A model generated the notes under the pieces. That model was not told the DNA's origin. It was given only the letters and a program-made list of their open reading frames with translations, and did not search any database. Shown here piece after piece: positions 19,831 through 30,256 of a stretch of 64,000 bases of DNA (the first letter of the stretch is position 1; each line of letters opens with the position of its first letter). The position numbers and the translations under genes were made by a program. Source of the stretch: a bacterium (GTDB taxonomy: Bacteria > Patescibacteriota > WWE3 > 2-01-FULL-39-13 > JAACPI01); the NCBI GenBank assembly GCA_009995545.1, contig JAACPI010000001.1, positions 2,475 through 66,474 on the forward strand, written 5' to 3'.

Positions 19831-20394
19831 ATGCCAAATGGATATATTTTAAAAGCTTTCGTTAAGTTAATTTTTGTTATAGTTATCTTTTTGGGTATAA
19901 CTTTGGGTTTTACCTATGCCTACTTTTATATGGCTAAAGGCAGGTTTCCAAGAATTGGCGAAGTAGCCTCAAAATACAACGGAGGTTCTGACATACTTAT
20001 ACTACCCTATAACTCTAAATCCTACTCTGGGTACGGGGCTGTTTTTGAGCCAGAAATAACCTTAAAGGTAAAAAATAAAGATAGCAGTTACGAGGATATA
20101 AGTTTTTTACTTGATAGTGGGGCCGTGGTTAGTACTTTACCTTTTGACTACACAAAAACTTTGGGTAAGGATATTACGAACTCCAAAAGAATAGTACTAC
20201 GGGGTTTTGGGGATAAAAGAACTTTTGGCTATATGAGTACTTTGGATTTAAAAATTAAAGATAAAAAATTTGAAGTGCCTGTAGTATTTAGCGAAGGCGA
20301 AACTTCCAAGAGGATAATAGGTCGAAACGGGTTTTTTGACGTTTTTACTGTAGTTTTCGACCATAATGACCGAGTTATTCGGATCGCTGAGTAG
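19831..20394 (+). CDS. Membrane-anchored retropepsin-like (clan AA) aspartic protease
   Basis: N-terminal TM helix. FLLDSGAVVSTLPFDYTKTLG (D-S-G-A active-site motif) and the C-terminal ...RIIGRNGFFDVFTVVFDHNDRVIRI match the bacterial retropepsin-like fold. Confidence 0.5.
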   Translation: MPNGYILKAFVKLIFVIVIFLGITLGFTYAYFYMAKGRFPRIGEVASKYNGGSDILILPYNSKSYSGYGAVFEPEITLKVKNKDSSYEDISFLLDSGAVVSTLPFDYTKTLGKDITNSKRIVLRGFGDKRTFGYMSTLDLKIKDKKFEVPVVFSEGETSKRIIGRNGFFDVFTVVFDHNDRVIRIAE

Positions 20395-20516
20395 TGTTTC
20401 TTGTTATTTATAATATTTAATTGACCTAATATACAACTTGTTTATATATGATTTGTTTTTATTTCTAACACCCGTTTCCTTAGTCTTGGAAAATCCTACT
20501 ATGTTATAATTGAAAT

Positions 20517-21737
20517 ATGATTGATTATGCTGAAATTAAAGTCGCATCAGGAAAAGGTGGGGATGGTTTATCTCACTTTATGCGGATTAAATACAACGCC
20601 TGGGCGGGGCCCGATGGGGGGAATGGCGGAAAAGGTGGGGATGTTTATATCGTAGGTTCCTCAAAGATAAAGACTCTTAGTCATTTCCGGAGGAAAAAAT
20701 ATTATAAGTCTCTAGATGGCCAAGAAGGTCAGCAAAACTTTAAAAGCGGTAGGAATTCACCTTATTTAGAACTTAAAGTACCTATAGGTACCCTAGTGAC
20801 AAATAGCGACACACATAAGTTAATTGCTGATGTATCAAGAGATGACCAGAGGGTACTTTTAGCTGCTGGCGGAACTGGAGGTAGAGGTAATGCTTCTTTT
20901 AAATCTAGTACTAACCAGGCCCCGGATAATAAAACTTTTGGAAATGAGGGTGAGTCCTTAAATTTAAGATTAGAACTTAAACTCTTATCTGATGTAGGTT
21001 TTGTGGGTTTACCTAGCGTAGGTAAAAGTTCCCTGCTAAATTTTATGACCGGTTCTAAGTCAAAAACCGCTGAATATCGTTTTACTACTTTAGAACCCTC
21101 TATCGGTGTTTTAAAACTCGCTGAACTAAAAACCTTAGTTTTAGCAGACCTTCCAGGTTTAATAGAGGGGGCTAGTGAAGGCAGAGGATTGGGTGAGGCT
21201 TTTTTAAAACATGTAGAGCGTAGCGGTTTAATGGTACATGTGTTAGACCCCTTTCAAAACACGGGTTTTACTGACAAGCTATCCACTGAAGATATTATGA
21301 CAAATTTACTAAATGACTACCAAGTAATTAGAAAAGAAATGCAAAAGTGGGATAAAAAGATACTATCTAAATACGAATTATTATTACTTAATAAGTCAGA
21401 CTTACTAAAAGAGGGGCAGGCCGAAGACATTCTATTTAAATTAGAACACCAATTTGTTTCAAAGTATGAAAAAATTTCTGAAAGTATGTATATTAATACA
21501 CACCCTTTTAAAAATTCGAAAATACCTGTTGGCATAGCTTATTGTTCCACTTATTCTGGGTTTGGTGTAACAGATGTTGTTAACTTTTTTAACACTTACT
21601 ATGACAATATAATCCAGGGCTCTCAAGCTCAGATAGTAGAGGAGTCTGAACAAAAATCAATTTTAGAGATTAATATAAATAACTTACCTAATAAAAGAAT
21701 ATTTTTTAAGTTCGATAAAATCATAAAGAGGGTTTAA
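20517..21737 (+). CDS. obg: GTPase Obg/CgtA
   Basis: Gly-rich Obg fold N-terminus, G1 GLPSVGKSSLL, G3 DLPGLIEGA and G4 NKSD. Confidence 0.8.
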   Translation: MIDYAEIKVASGKGGDGLSHFMRIKYNAWAGPDGGNGGKGGDVYIVGSSKIKTLSHFRRKKYYKSLDGQEGQQNFKSGRNSPYLELKVPIGTLVTNSDTHKLIADVSRDDQRVLLAAGGTGGRGNASFKSSTNQAPDNKTFGNEGESLNLRLELKLLSDVGFVGLPSVGKSSLLNFMTGSKSKTAEYRFTTLEPSIGVLKLAELKTLVLADLPGLIEGASEGRGLGEAFLKHVERSGLMVHVLDPFQNTGFTDKLSTEDIMTNLLNDYQVIRKEMQKWDKKILSKYELLLLNKSDLLKEGQAEDILFKLEHQFVSKYEKISESMYINTHPFKNSKIPVGIAYCSTYSGFGVTDVVNFFNTYYDNIIQGSQAQIVEESEQKSILEININNLPNKRIFFKFDKIIKRV

Positions 21738-21794
21738 TCTACTTATTTCTATTTTGTTATTTGTCCTCAACTCTGAATCTACTATACTGTTAAC

Positions 21795-24257
21795 ATGAAA
21801 AGAGATTACAACCCAACTAAAATTGAAAATAAATGGAGGGATAACTGGTTTAAAGATAATATTTATGAGGCCGTAGATTTTTCAAAAAAGCCTAAAAAAT
21901 ATATTTTAGCCGAGCTGCCTTACCCTTCGGGTAAGTTTTTGCATGTTGGACATATGATGAGGTATACAGTGCCTGAAATATATTCACGCTTTTTACGTAT
22001 GCAGGGGTACAATGTTTTATACCCAATGGGTTGGGATTGTTTTGGATTACCCGCTGAGACATTTGCAATAAAAGAAGGCATAACTCCTCAAGAAGCTATT
22101 AAGAAGGCTGTAAAGTCTTTTAAGTCTTCCTTACAAAGAATGGGCTACGCTTTTGACTGGAGTAGAGAGATATCAACCTCTGACCCTAAGTTTTATAAAT
22201 GGACACAGTTAACATTTAAAAAGTTATGGGAGCAAGGTTTAGCAGAATTACAAGAAATGCCTGTTTGGTGGTGTGAAGAGCTGGGGGTATTGGCAGATGA
22301 GGAAGTAATTTCTACTTCAGAAGGGGATTGGAAGGTTTCTGAAAGAGGTGGCCATAAAGTAGAACGTAAAATGCTAAAGCAGTGGGTTCTAAAGTTGCCT
22401 GATTATGCAGAAAGACTTTTAGAGGGTTTAAATAGGGTAGATTATGAAGATTCTGTAAAACAGGCTCAAAGAAATTGGATAGGGCGTAGTGAAGGCATAA
22501 ACATTAGTTACGATTTAGTTGGGTTAAATGAAAAATTAATTTGTTTTACCACCACACCCGTAAATTTTGGGGCAACTTTTATTGTTATTTCCCCTGAGCA
22601 TAGTCTAGTTTCTAAACTTACTGCCCCATCCCAGATTCAGAAGGTTGCAGATTACGTTCGAAAATCTGCAAGTTTATCTGATCTTCAAAAACAACAAAAA
22701 GAAAAGTCTGGTGTTTTTACAGGTTCTTATGCTGTTAATCATTTAAATGGTGCCAAAATTCCTATTTGGATTGCGGACTTTGTATTAAGTAATGTTGGTA
22801 CAGGAGCGGTGCAGGGTTGTCCCGGGCACGATGAGAGGGATTTCGAATTTGCCACTAAATATGGTATTCCAATAAAAAGAGTTGTTGTCGGTCTTGATGG
22901 TGATACTAGCGCCATTGATAGCAAAGAAAAGATTATCTCTAAAGGAATGCCTGGTAAAATGATTAACTCTGAGTTTTTAAATGGGCTCGAGTTTTCTAAA
23001 GCTATGGATAAAACCAAGGAATACTTCGTAGAAAAGGGGTGGGGTGAGTGCGTAGTAACCTACAAAATGCGTAATCAGATATTTTCGCGCCAAAGGTATT
23101 GGGGAGAGCCTATCCCTTTAATTCACACTAAAGAAGGTCGTGTTGAGTCAGTACCCGACGAAGAATTACCTCTGGAGTTGCCCATAATGGAAGACTTTCT
23201 ACCCGGAAAGGACGGAAAAAGCCCGCTAAAAAGAGCAGAGAAGTGGGTTAACACAGTAGATAGTAAAGGTATGCCTGCTATAAGAGATACTGATACAATG
23301 CCCACCTGGGCTGGGTCTAATTGGTACTATTTAAGATATATTGATCCTCATAATGACAAAGAGCTTGTTGATATGGAAAAGGCAAAATATTGGATGCCCG
23401 TTGATAAGTATTTTGGAGATTCCGGACATACTACTGTTCATATGCTGTACTCTCGATTTTGGTATAAATTTTTATATGATCAGGGACTAGTTCCTAACGA
23501 TGAACCCTATAATTACCGTATGAGTGGTGGACTACTTTTAGGTGCTGACGGAAATAAAATGTCAAAATCTGCGGGTAATACCCTCGATCCTAAGGAAGTT
23601 GTAGATAACTATGGAGCCGATGCTGTCCGAACTTATTTAGCCTTTATTGGTCCATACGAAGAGACCTACCCTTGGAGTGAACAGGGTTTGGTAGCCTGTT
23701 ACAAACTTTTAAGAACTATTAATGGTTTAAGAGAAATAGTCTCGAAGGAGACAAAAGAAATAAACGACAGAACTGAGACTTCTTTGGCCTATCACAAAAT
23801 GGTTAAAAATATGACAGGGATGATGGAAAGCTTAAAAATGAACACCTCCGTTAGTGAAATAATGATTTTTACTAACCATCTAAAATCGCTTAAAAAAATT
23901 CCAGGAGACATCTGGGGGCAGTTTATAAAAGTTATTGCACCCTTCGCGCCCTTTTTAGCAGAGGATATGTGGCAAGATTTTCAGGGTTATAAAACTTGGG
24001 AAAAAGAAAACAGTGTGCACTTGCAGGATTGGCCTAAATACGATGTAACTCTGTCTCAGGGTACGGGTACTACTATCCCAATTCAGATAAATGGTAAAAG
24101 AAGAGGGGAGATTACTATTAAAAATGAGGAGGTAATTAATAAAGAATTGGTACTTAAAAAGTCCAAGCAAGCCGTTAGTAAATATTTGGAAAACACTACT
24201 ATTATAAAAGACATTTACATAGAGGGTAAAATAGTTAACTTTGTTGTTAAAGCCTAA
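21795..24257 (+). CDS. leuS: Leucyl-tRNA synthetase
   Basis: HVGHMMRY (HIGH region), KMSKS (GNKMSKSAGN) and class Ia architecture over 820 aa. Confidence 0.9.
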   Translation: MKRDYNPTKIENKWRDNWFKDNIYEAVDFSKKPKKYILAELPYPSGKFLHVGHMMRYTVPEIYSRFLRMQGYNVLYPMGWDCFGLPAETFAIKEGITPQEAIKKAVKSFKSSLQRMGYAFDWSREISTSDPKFYKWTQLTFKKLWEQGLAELQEMPVWWCEELGVLADEEVISTSEGDWKVSERGGHKVERKMLKQWVLKLPDYAERLLEGLNRVDYEDSVKQAQRNWIGRSEGINISYDLVGLNEKLICFTTTPVNFGATFIVISPEHSLVSKLTAPSQIQKVADYVRKSASLSDLQKQQKEKSGVFTGSYAVNHLNGAKIPIWIADFVLSNVGTGAVQGCPGHDERDFEFATKYGIPIKRVVVGLDGDTSAIDSKEKIISKGMPGKMINSEFLNGLEFSKAMDKTKEYFVEKGWGECVVTYKMRNQIFSRQRYWGEPIPLIHTKEGRVESVPDEELPLELPIMEDFLPGKDGKSPLKRAEKWVNTVDSKGMPAIRDTDTMPTWAGSNWYYLRYIDPHNDKELVDMEKAKYWMPVDKYFGDSGHTTVHMLYSRFWYKFLYDQGLVPNDEPYNYRMSGGLLLGADGNKMSKSAGNTLDPKEVVDNYGADAVRTYLAFIGPYEETYPWSEQGLVACYKLLRTINGLREIVSKETKEINDRTETSLAYHKMVKNMTGMMESLKMNTSVSEIMIFTNHLKSLKKIPGDIWGQFIKVIAPFAPFLAEDMWQDFQGYKTWEKENSVHLQDWPKYDVTLSQGTGTTIPIQINGKRRGEITIKNEEVINKELVLKKSKQAVSKYLENTTIIKDIYIEGKIVNFVVKA

Positions 24258-24709
24258 GCAAGCAAAATTCTTTATCTCCTCCCATCTAAATATATTATAG
24301 TTAATATAAATTAAGGTAGTAACTTTTATCTATCTCGAGTTGGGTTAAGTAGTGTAGATAAATACAAGTTAACCTACGTCGTATTTTGCCCATTCTAAGT
24401 TTTGTCAGTCAAATCCCCCCATGGTTCTAAGAGCGGTTTTAAACTTTTACTTATATAAGCTAAATTCAAAATATACTTTTTTGTCCGTTTGTAAAAATAG
24501 CTAGGGTCAACCTTGCAGGTATTGTAGAGGGTTATTATAAACAAACAGGATTCCTGGTTTGCAGATCTAATAAAGATGGAGATTTATGCATGAGGTACTT
24601 TTTTTATCTCTTTAACAATACCCAGGAAAAACTAAATAACCTGGGGTTGTGTCTCCTGGATAAAGATACCTTTAACTAATGTGATGTTTTGCTTTATACT
24701 TAGCTTACA

Positions 24710-26500
24710 ATGCTTTTGAATGAAGTTAAAGAAACTATAAGTGAATATCTAATTTCGGAGTTTGACATAGAAAATCCAGACTTTGACGTTTTACCCGCTG
24801 CAAAACCTGAGGATGGGGATTTTTATACCAATGCCGCTCTTAAACACCAAAAAATAACCTCTAAAGGCCCCTTATATTTAGCTGAGGTCTTAGCTAATTT
24901 GTTTGCAAAAAATGAAAACTTTTCTACTAAAATTGCAAAACCCGGCTTTGTTAATTTTTATTTAAATAACCAATTTTTAGAGGATTCATTAAGTAGTGCT
25001 CATAAAGTGGAGATGACAAACGTAGGGAAAAACGCAGTCATAGAGTATGTTTCTCCAAACACCAATAAACCTCTCCACATAGGACATATACGTAATTCAG
25101 CATTAGCAATTAGTTTAATTAATATTTTATCTAAAAGTGGTTATTTAGTAAAAAAGGCTATTGTTTACAACAACAGAGGTCTACACATAACCAAGTCTAT
25201 GTGGGGTTATCTTTTATTGGGGTGTACCAAAGCAGGTGTGACTGCTAGCTCTGACTGGAAAAATATTATAAAAATTTGGTCTGCAGGTAGAAAAGATTGG
25301 TTGACTCCTAGTATTATGGCGGAGGGTCGTCTCAATAAACCCGACCATTTTATTGGGCATTTTTATGTACTTGCCAATGAATTTGTTGATAAGAATAAGA
25401 AAGTAGAGGAGGATTGGCAACAAATGTTACTTGCGTGGGAGAACAAGAACGACCCAATGCACGATTTAGTGAGAGAGCTTTGGAGTTTTGTTAATAATTA
25501 CTTTTATACCGGTTACGAAGAAAGTGCTAAAGACTTTGAATTCCGCTTTGATGCTAGATACATAAGTTATGAGTCTAATATCTACGGTTCGGGAAAAGAA
25601 ACTATTCTTGAAGGAGTAAAAAAAGGGTTGTTCGAAAAAGTCAAAGGTGGTGCTATTGAGGCCGATTTAAGTGATTTTTCGTTACCCAACAAAATACTTG
25701 TAAGAAGCGACGGAACAGGTATTTATATGACATTTGATGTAGAGCTTACCCGGCAAAGGACCCAATTAAAATCGGATCTTCTAATCTGGGTAGTAGGTAG
25801 TGACCAAAATCTTTATTTTAAACAGCTGTTTGCTGTTTCCCAGCTATTAGGTTTAGGGTCGGGCAGCAAGTTTATTCATTATTCTTATGGCATGGTCCGT
25901 GTACCTGGGGGAAAGATGAGTTCTAGGGACGGCACTGTTGTATATGCCGATGATATGCTCACTTTAGTTAAATCAGAGATTAAAAATATAATGGAAAAAT
26001 CTTCTATTGGTAAGGAATCTGGGCTTGAGGATATAGAAAATACTGTACACGACATTGCTCTTGGGGCTTTGAAATGGTCAATGATTTCGAACGAGCCTGT
26101 AAAGGACATCGCCTTTGATTTAGCAAAAACAGTAAGCTTTACAGGTTTTAGCGGGCCTTATGTTCAGTATACCCACGCTAGATGCTTTTCTGTCTTAGAT
26201 AAGGCTCGTTTTAAATTAAATAAAAACAAAGATATTAGTTTAGACTCGGAAGATATTATTATTGCCCGAACACTTTTTGGGTTTACAGAGCAGGTAAATA
26301 TGGCAACCAAAGAACTGGCACCTCATTACATATGCCATTATTTATTCGACCTGTGTCAAACATTTAACTCTTACTACGCAAACACAAAAATAATAGGTAG
26401 TAAAAATGAGTACAGTAAGTTAGTTCTTACTTCTGCCACTAAAGAGGTTATTAAAACAGGGTTAAGTCTGTTAGGTATATCCGCCCCAGAAAAAATGTAG
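24710..26500 (+). CDS. argS: Arginyl-tRNA synthetase
   Basis: PNTNKPLHIGHIRNSALA HIGH motif and a C-terminal anticodon-binding region, 596 aa. Confidence 0.85.
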   Translation: MLLNEVKETISEYLISEFDIENPDFDVLPAAKPEDGDFYTNAALKHQKITSKGPLYLAEVLANLFAKNENFSTKIAKPGFVNFYLNNQFLEDSLSSAHKVEMTNVGKNAVIEYVSPNTNKPLHIGHIRNSALAISLINILSKSGYLVKKAIVYNNRGLHITKSMWGYLLLGCTKAGVTASSDWKNIIKIWSAGRKDWLTPSIMAEGRLNKPDHFIGHFYVLANEFVDKNKKVEEDWQQMLLAWENKNDPMHDLVRELWSFVNNYFYTGYEESAKDFEFRFDARYISYESNIYGSGKETILEGVKKGLFEKVKGGAIEADLSDFSLPNKILVRSDGTGIYMTFDVELTRQRTQLKSDLLIWVVGSDQNLYFKQLFAVSQLLGLGSGSKFIHYSYGMVRVPGGKMSSRDGTVVYADDMLTLVKSEIKNIMEKSSIGKESGLEDIENTVHDIALGALKWSMISNEPVKDIAFDLAKTVSFTGFSGPYVQYTHARCFSVLDKARFKLNKNKDISLDSEDIIIARTLFGFTEQVNMATKELAPHYICHYLFDLCQTFNSYYANTKIIGSKNEYSKLVLTSATKEVIKTGLSLLGISAPEKM

Positions 26501-26603
26501 GTGAGTAAGTACTATCTTATAGATTTCTACTTTACTGAATTATTATTCCTTACCTCTTCAAACAGCTTACACCTTTAAGTTTTAGATACTCTATAATGTA
26601 TTT

Positions 26604-27416
26604 ATGCAAAAAAAAGGTTTACTGCTTTTAACCATTTCAATGTTTATCGTGTCTACACTCTTTGTTTGGTTAACTGGTCTTTTAAAAACGAACAGCAAAT
26701 ATATCGCGATCCCTCCTAAAAAAGAAGTAGTGTATTCTATTGCCCTATTGGCAGACTCCCATTTAGACTATCAACTTTTACAAAAGGCCTTAGTTGAAGT
26801 AGAAAAATTAAATGTGGACAAAGTTTTACACCTTGGAGATTTGTCTGATTATGGAGGGTTAAGTAATTTAAAAAAATCCCGAACCCTTTTAGATAATTCT
26901 GGGTTAGACTATTTAGTCATACCAGGAGACCGCGACATTATTAAAAATGGCTTAGAGGTTAAATTAGAGGATTCTCCTTTTATGGAGGTATTTTCCGATA
27001 AGTTATGCACCTCACAGCTTGTAGCCGATTATAAAATCATCTGTTTTTCTAACCCTTACAACTATTTAAAGGTTTCAGATTTCGATTTGGCTGATTTTTC
27101 TACTAATATATCAAACTCCGATGTTGTAATAAGTTCTCAGCCCATATTTAATTCTATAAGTGATCAGTATATGGGTATTTACGATGGTGGTGTTTTAGAA
27201 CAAGGTCTGTTTGTAAAATCTCTACTTGAAAATTCTAATGTTAAAATGGCAATTTCTGCAGATACTCATTTTCAAAATCACTACGAAAGTAATAATATAA
27301 ACTACTATACTATTGGTGCTATTACTGAACAACGTAATATACAAAGACCTAGTTTTTCACTGTTATACTACTATACAGATAATTCCTACTCAGTGACTCA
27401 GTTTGAAATTGAGTAG
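26604..27416 (+). CDS. Calcineurin-like metallophosphoesterase with an N-terminal TM anchor
   Basis: LADSHLD...HLGDLSDYG...GDRD motifs. A TATAAT box lies immediately upstream of the ATG. Confidence 0.55.
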   Translation: MQKKGLLLLTISMFIVSTLFVWLTGLLKTNSKYIAIPPKKEVVYSIALLADSHLDYQLLQKALVEVEKLNVDKVLHLGDLSDYGGLSNLKKSRTLLDNSGLDYLVIPGDRDIIKNGLEVKLEDSPFMEVFSDKLCTSQLVADYKIICFSNPYNYLKVSDFDLADFSTNISNSDVVISSQPIFNSISDQYMGIYDGGVLEQGLFVKSLLENSNVKMAISADTHFQNHYESNNINYYTIGAITEQRNIQRPSFSLLYYYTDNSYSVTQFEIE

Positions 27417-27471
27417 TTGCTACATTTAAATGTTGCGATAGAATGTTTCTAGTTATAAATTAAAAAATAAT

Positions 27472-27945
27472 ATGCACGAACAAACATTGGTGTTAATAAA
27501 ACCCGACGCTGTACAAAGAGGAATTATAGGTAAAATAATTGAAAGGTTTGAGCAGAAGGGTCTTAAGATTGTGGGGTTAAAAATGATGTCCTTAGACGAT
27601 GCCTTATTAAGAGAGCATTACTCTCACCATGCTGACAAGCCCTTTTTTGAAGGAATAAAGAGTTTTATGATGAGCTCTCCTGTTATAGCCTTGGCTCTAG
27701 AGGGATTAGAAGCTTGCTCCGCTGTGCGTTTAATAGTTGGAGTAACTAAATCTCGAGAAGCTACAGCAGGGACTATTAGAGGGGACTTTGCGATGAGTAT
27801 TGGATCTAATGTAGTTCACGCTAGTGAAAGTTCTGCACATGCTAAACAAGAAGTGCCTAGGTTTTTTAGTAAAGACGAATTATTTAAGTATGGTAGATGT
27901 GACTACACTGTTGTATATGCAGAAGATGAAAAAGAACCCAAGTAG
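27472..27945 (+). CDS. ndk: Nucleoside diphosphate kinase
   Basis: TLVLIKPDAVQRG...NVVHAS (active-site His), about 150 aa. Confidence 0.85.
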   Translation: MHEQTLVLIKPDAVQRGIIGKIIERFEQKGLKIVGLKMMSLDDALLREHYSHHADKPFFEGIKSFMMSSPVIALALEGLEACSAVRLIVGVTKSREATAGTIRGDFAMSIGSNVVHASESSAHAKQEVPRFFSKDELFKYGRCDYTVVYAEDEKEPK

Positions 27946-28028
27946 TTATACTATATAAATATATATTGTTTTACCTCAGTTCTGTATTAGCTATTGACTG
28001 TATACTGTTCTAACTCTATATTTACTAT

Positions 28029-28394
28029 ATGAGTAAAGTAGTGTTATCCGACCAAGAGCGAAAAGATTTTTTTAAAAAATTTATTGACGTCATTAAATAC
28101 ACTGACGAAAAAGATCTTTTACCAGATTTTTTTATAGATTTTTTAAGTCAAACAGAGCTGGATAGTTTTATAAAAAGATTAGAGGTATTCAAAAGGTTAT
28201 ACAATGGCCACAGCTACGCAAGGGTTAATCAAGAACTTAGTGTTAGTCCTATAACTGCAAGTAAGGTATCGAGGTCACTTAGAGATTCTTCTGAAAGATT
28301 TAAAAGTATATTAGAGGCAATATCAGATACTGTACCTCAGCAAAAGGTAGAACAAAAAGTAGAAAAAGACGATAAAAGAAGTAGTTACTTATAA
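28029..28394 (+). CDS. TrpR/YerC-like small HTH protein
   Basis: YARVNQELSVSPITASKVSRSL matches the Trp-repressor-like family HTH. Confidence 0.5.
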   Translation: MSKVVLSDQERKDFFKKFIDVIKYTDEKDLLPDFFIDFLSQTELDSFIKRLEVFKRLYNGHSYARVNQELSVSPITASKVSRSLRDSSERFKSILEAISDTVPQQKVEQKVEKDDKRSSYL

Positions 28395-28414
28395 AGAACT
28401 GGTGCACTTGCTCA

Positions 28415-28681
28415 CTAATATACTTCGATTCCCAAGTAGACGTCTATCATGTTTTCAACCGCTCGTAATATACCTGTATCTAAAGTGTACTCTTTTATGC
28501 TACCCTCGGGGGTTCTGAGGGTAAGTTTATCCTTAATAATTGTTATAAAGTTTGTATGCATATAAAGCACGTCAAAGGGACCTGTAACATTGGTTGAGGA
28601 CACCGAAACAGCATTGCCGCCGTATACAAGGCCTTCTGGATTAGTGATTTTAACGTAAAATTGCTTTTTATTTTGGGCCAT
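28415..28681 (-). CDS. atpC: F-type ATP synthase epsilon subunit, truncated to the beta-sandwich domain only
   Basis: 88 aa directly downstream of atpD. Carries the beta-sandwich-like sequence but not the C-terminal helical hairpin. Confidence 0.6.
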   Translation of the reverse strand: MAQNKKQFYVKITNPEGLVYGGNAVSVSSTNVTGPFDVLYMHTNFITIIKDKLTLRTPEGSIKEYTLDTGILRAVENMIDVYLGIEVY

Positions 28682-28696
28682 GATTCACTACAATTT

Positions 28697-30253
28697 TTAT
28701 TTTTCCTTAGGTTCTTTTTTAAAAAAGTTTTTAAATTTACTTTCTTTTTTCTCTTCTTCCGGATTATTGTCCAGAACTACTTTTGTCTTATCAGCAGCCT
28801 CCCTGGCTTTTTTAGCTTCGAATTGAGCTCTTAATCCTATATCTGTTGTTCCTGTTGCCTCCTCGGTTTTTTTAGTTACATCTTCCAGGCTTCCTATAAA
28901 CAAGAATTCCTCTGGATCGTAACTATCAAATTTACCCTCTAAAATTGATTTTACATCTTTAACAGTTTGTTCCAGGGGTACTTTAACCCCGCTTTTTCCA
29001 GTTTGTGCCGCCACAACAAAAAAGTATTGTGTCATGTAGTTTTGTAATATTTTTGACTTTTTATATACTTTTGCGTTTTCATACGACAACTCTGACTCTC
29101 CTATTAAAGACACAATTCTTTCAAGGGTCGCTGACTTTTCCAAAAGAGATTTAGCTTCAATGTAGGTTTTATAATGATCCTCTCCTGCAAATTCAATATT
29201 CAAAGCTGCAGAATTTGACCCTAACAGATCGATTGCGGGCAACCTACCCTGTTGATAAATATCTCTTGAAAGCACTAGGTTGGTATCTAAATAAGGAAAA
29301 ATAGATCGAACTCCATAATCTGTTAAGTCGTCTGAAGGAACAAAAATTGCCTCGACACTCGTTATAATTGCTTTTTCCGTAGAGTAGAGCCTTTCATGCA
29401 CAGCTCCCATTTCTGATGTTAGTGTGGGTTGGTAACCATCCTCTGAGGGAATCACATTCATAAGTGTAGAGAGCTCGTTACCTGCTTGAGCAAACCTATA
29501 CATATTATCCATAAAAAACAAAACGTTTTTTTCTTTTATATCTCTAAAGTATTCCGAAATAGCCGCTGCAGCATAAGCCGTTCTAAATCTTACTGCAGGG
29601 TTTTCTCCCATTTGACCCAGTAACATAGCTGTTTTAGAAAGAACCTCTGCAGACTTTAAATTTTCATACAGCTCCTGTGCTTCCCTAGATCTTTCTCCAA
29701 CAGCGGCAAAAACAGAAACTGTGTCCGAACTATTTTTGTCTTTTCCCCCAACAACAATGTTGTTAATTAACTCTGTTAAAAGTACCGTTTTTCCAACACC
29801 AGCTCCTCCGAAAAGACCTGCTTTTCCCCCTTTAAAAAAAGGTGCAAAAAAATCTATAGCCTTAATTCCTGTCTCAAGTATTGTATTAGGGACCTGTACG
29901 ATATCCTTATCTAAATTTGATTTAAAAATTTCCTTATACTCGTCTGTCTTAATTTCTATATTGCTGTCGTGGGTGTTTCCAAAAACATCTATCACCCTAC
30001 CTAAAACATTTTCCGTGGCTGCTACTTTTAGCGTTTTTTCGGTGTTTATTACAACAGAGTTTCTACTCATGTCTTTTGATTCTGTTAGTAGTAGGCAGTA
30101 GAAGGTGTCGTTCGATGAGGATCTATATACTTCCAACTTTATTGTTCTATCAGCCTCAACTTCAAGTAAATCGTGTATATTGGGCTTTTCACCATCAAAC
30201 ATTATCTCTACAATTTGTCCTTTTATTGATATGACCTTACCTTTTGATTCCAT
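28697..30253 (-). CDS. atpD: F-type ATP synthase beta subunit with a roughly 50-aa Lys/Glu-rich C-terminal extension
   Basis: GGAGVGKT Walker A and the DELSEED-region equivalent. The tail is KKESKFKNFFKKEPKEK. Confidence 0.9.
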   Translation of the reverse strand: MESKGKVISIKGQIVEIMFDGEKPNIHDLLEVEADRTIKLEVYRSSSNDTFYCLLLTESKDMSRNSVVINTEKTLKVAATENVLGRVIDVFGNTHDSNIEIKTDEYKEIFKSNLDKDIVQVPNTILETGIKAIDFFAPFFKGGKAGLFGGAGVGKTVLLTELINNIVVGGKDKNSSDTVSVFAAVGERSREAQELYENLKSAEVLSKTAMLLGQMGENPAVRFRTAYAAAAISEYFRDIKEKNVLFFMDNMYRFAQAGNELSTLMNVIPSEDGYQPTLTSEMGAVHERLYSTEKAIITSVEAIFVPSDDLTDYGVRSIFPYLDTNLVLSRDIYQQGRLPAIDLLGSNSAALNIEFAGEDHYKTYIEAKSLLEKSATLERIVSLIGESELSYENAKVYKKSKILQNYMTQYFFVVAAQTGKSGVKVPLEQTVKDVKSILEGKFDSYDPEEFLFIGSLEDVTKKTEEATGTTDIGLRAQFEAKKAREAADKTKVVLDNNPEEEKKESKFKNFFKKEPKEK

Positions 30254-30256
30254 AAT

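Noticed and set aside
24258-24709. 450-bp leader upstream of argS as a possible T-box riboswitch
   Set aside because: No AATTAGGGTGGNACCGCG T-box sequence or specifier-loop architecture is recognisable. It is probably just a long AT-rich promoter or leader.
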